Shown: piece by piece, positions 62,916 to 64,000 of the stretch
Numbering within the stretch: the stretch's first letter is position 1
Layout: each line of letters opens with the position of its first letter
DNA from: Rhina ancylostomus
Taxonomy: Eukaryota
Assembly: GCA_030265395.1 (NCBI GenBank)
Contig: JARFYF010000001.1
Coordinates: forward strand, 124,749,106 to 124,813,105
Length of the DNA: 64,000 bases
Direction: 5' to 3'
Made by a program: the position numbers and the translations under genes
The notes under the pieces: generated by a model
What the model was told of the DNA's origin: nothing
What the model saw: the letters and a program-made list of their open reading frames with translations, nothing else
Databases searched by the model: none

Positions 62916-63457
62916 ATAAACATTTACTGCTGTTAAAGATTCAAGTTATACTTTTGAATGGGTTTTGCATTAAACCACTTGGATAAACTACTTCACTGGG
63001 TTGAACTAGCAACACAAGATGATAAGCTAATGTAGAGTGCAAGGCACTTGTGTTTGTTTACACAGGGAAAAAAGTTTAAGATTGACAACAACATGAATGA
63101 AACGACCATCTTTAAACCCCAAGGAGGTTCAAAGAAGGGTTATCAAACAAAAGTGATGCCATGCCTTTTAAGATGATATTGAGACAGCTAATCAAAACCT
63201 TGGCTGTGGAACCTGATTATAAGTAGCGTCTTAAGGAAATGTAGAGAAGCAGAAAGGTTGTGGGGGGAGCTCTAGAACTGAGGGCCCAGGCATTTGAAGG
63301 CACGGCCGTCAATGGTGGATCAGTACCGGAATGAACAAGATCATTACTAGGGCAGGGAACTTAGTGAGTTAAAAGGCAAGATGAAGATAAAGAGAAAACA
63401 AGGATATAATATTCTATTTAGATAGAACCTTGATTTAAAGACTTTTATGGTGACACA

Positions 63458-63802
63458 GCCAGTGGCACAGCTAGTAGAACCACAGTTTGTCAGTGCCAGA
63501 GACTTGGGTTAGCTGCCATCCGTATGAAGTTTTGCATGTTCTCCCTGCGACTCCATGTGTTTCTTCTGGTTTTCCTAGTTTCCTCACACATCCCAAAGTT
63601 GTGTGTGTTGGTTAACTAATTAGCCACTATAGGTTGCTCGTAGTGTGTCGGTGAATTGGAGAGTCCGGGAGGAACTGATGAGAATGTGGGGAGAATTAAA
63701 AAATGGGATTGATGTGGGATTAGTATAACTGTGTGGTTGATGGTCTGCATGGACTTAGTGGGCCAAAGGAGCTGTTTCCATGCTACATTTCAATATAACA
63801 CT
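63458..63802 (+). mobile_element. tRNA-derived SINE
   Basis: gcatgttctccctgcgactccatgtgtttc...cacatcccaaag core; gggccaaaggagctgtttccatgct tail. Confidence 0.75.
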
Positions 63803-64000
63803 ATGTTTTTGGGTTTGGAGATGGAATTGTGACTTTGTACAAAAATGTAAAGCAGATAATAGTGATTCAGCAGACCATTTTAACCCACTGCACATAAGCG
63901 TTATTACTTCTTTAGAGTCTAGTGCACAGTTCAAGATCTTTACAGTATGAAAAGGCTATTGAAGGACTGACCAAAATGAAAAGATTACACTTATCATCAG

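Overview
Eukaryotic vertebrate genomic DNA: AT-rich, repeat-rich, with many N gaps. The repeat content (CR1/HER1-type LINEs, HE1-like tRNA SINEs, Deu/LF-SINE-like relics, Rex1/Babar, Penelope-type termini) points to a cartilaginous fish, probably a batoid; this is inference. The window lies within one + strand gene, SLC24A4 (NCKX4, K+-dependent Na+/Ca2+ exchanger). Seven internal coding exons equivalent to human exons 3-9 lie at 30235-62334, all GT-AG and phase-compatible. Canonical exons 1-2 were not found and are probably upstream; the C-terminal exons are downstream. Almost all ORF-track entries are spurious or TE fragments. Best leads: (1) a candidate alternative first exon at 24242-24365 encoding a signal-peptide-like N-terminus that splices in phase to exon 3; (2) a family of short, often palindromic Penelope-type elements with degenerate hammerhead ribozyme cores; (3) a chromodomain Gypsy 3' end with matching LTR copies, fused in frame to an internal CR1 fragment; (4) a rare GAG splice acceptor. 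Exon coordinates were counted from the sequence. Repeat boundaries are approximate, and family names come from motif recognition, not database searches.
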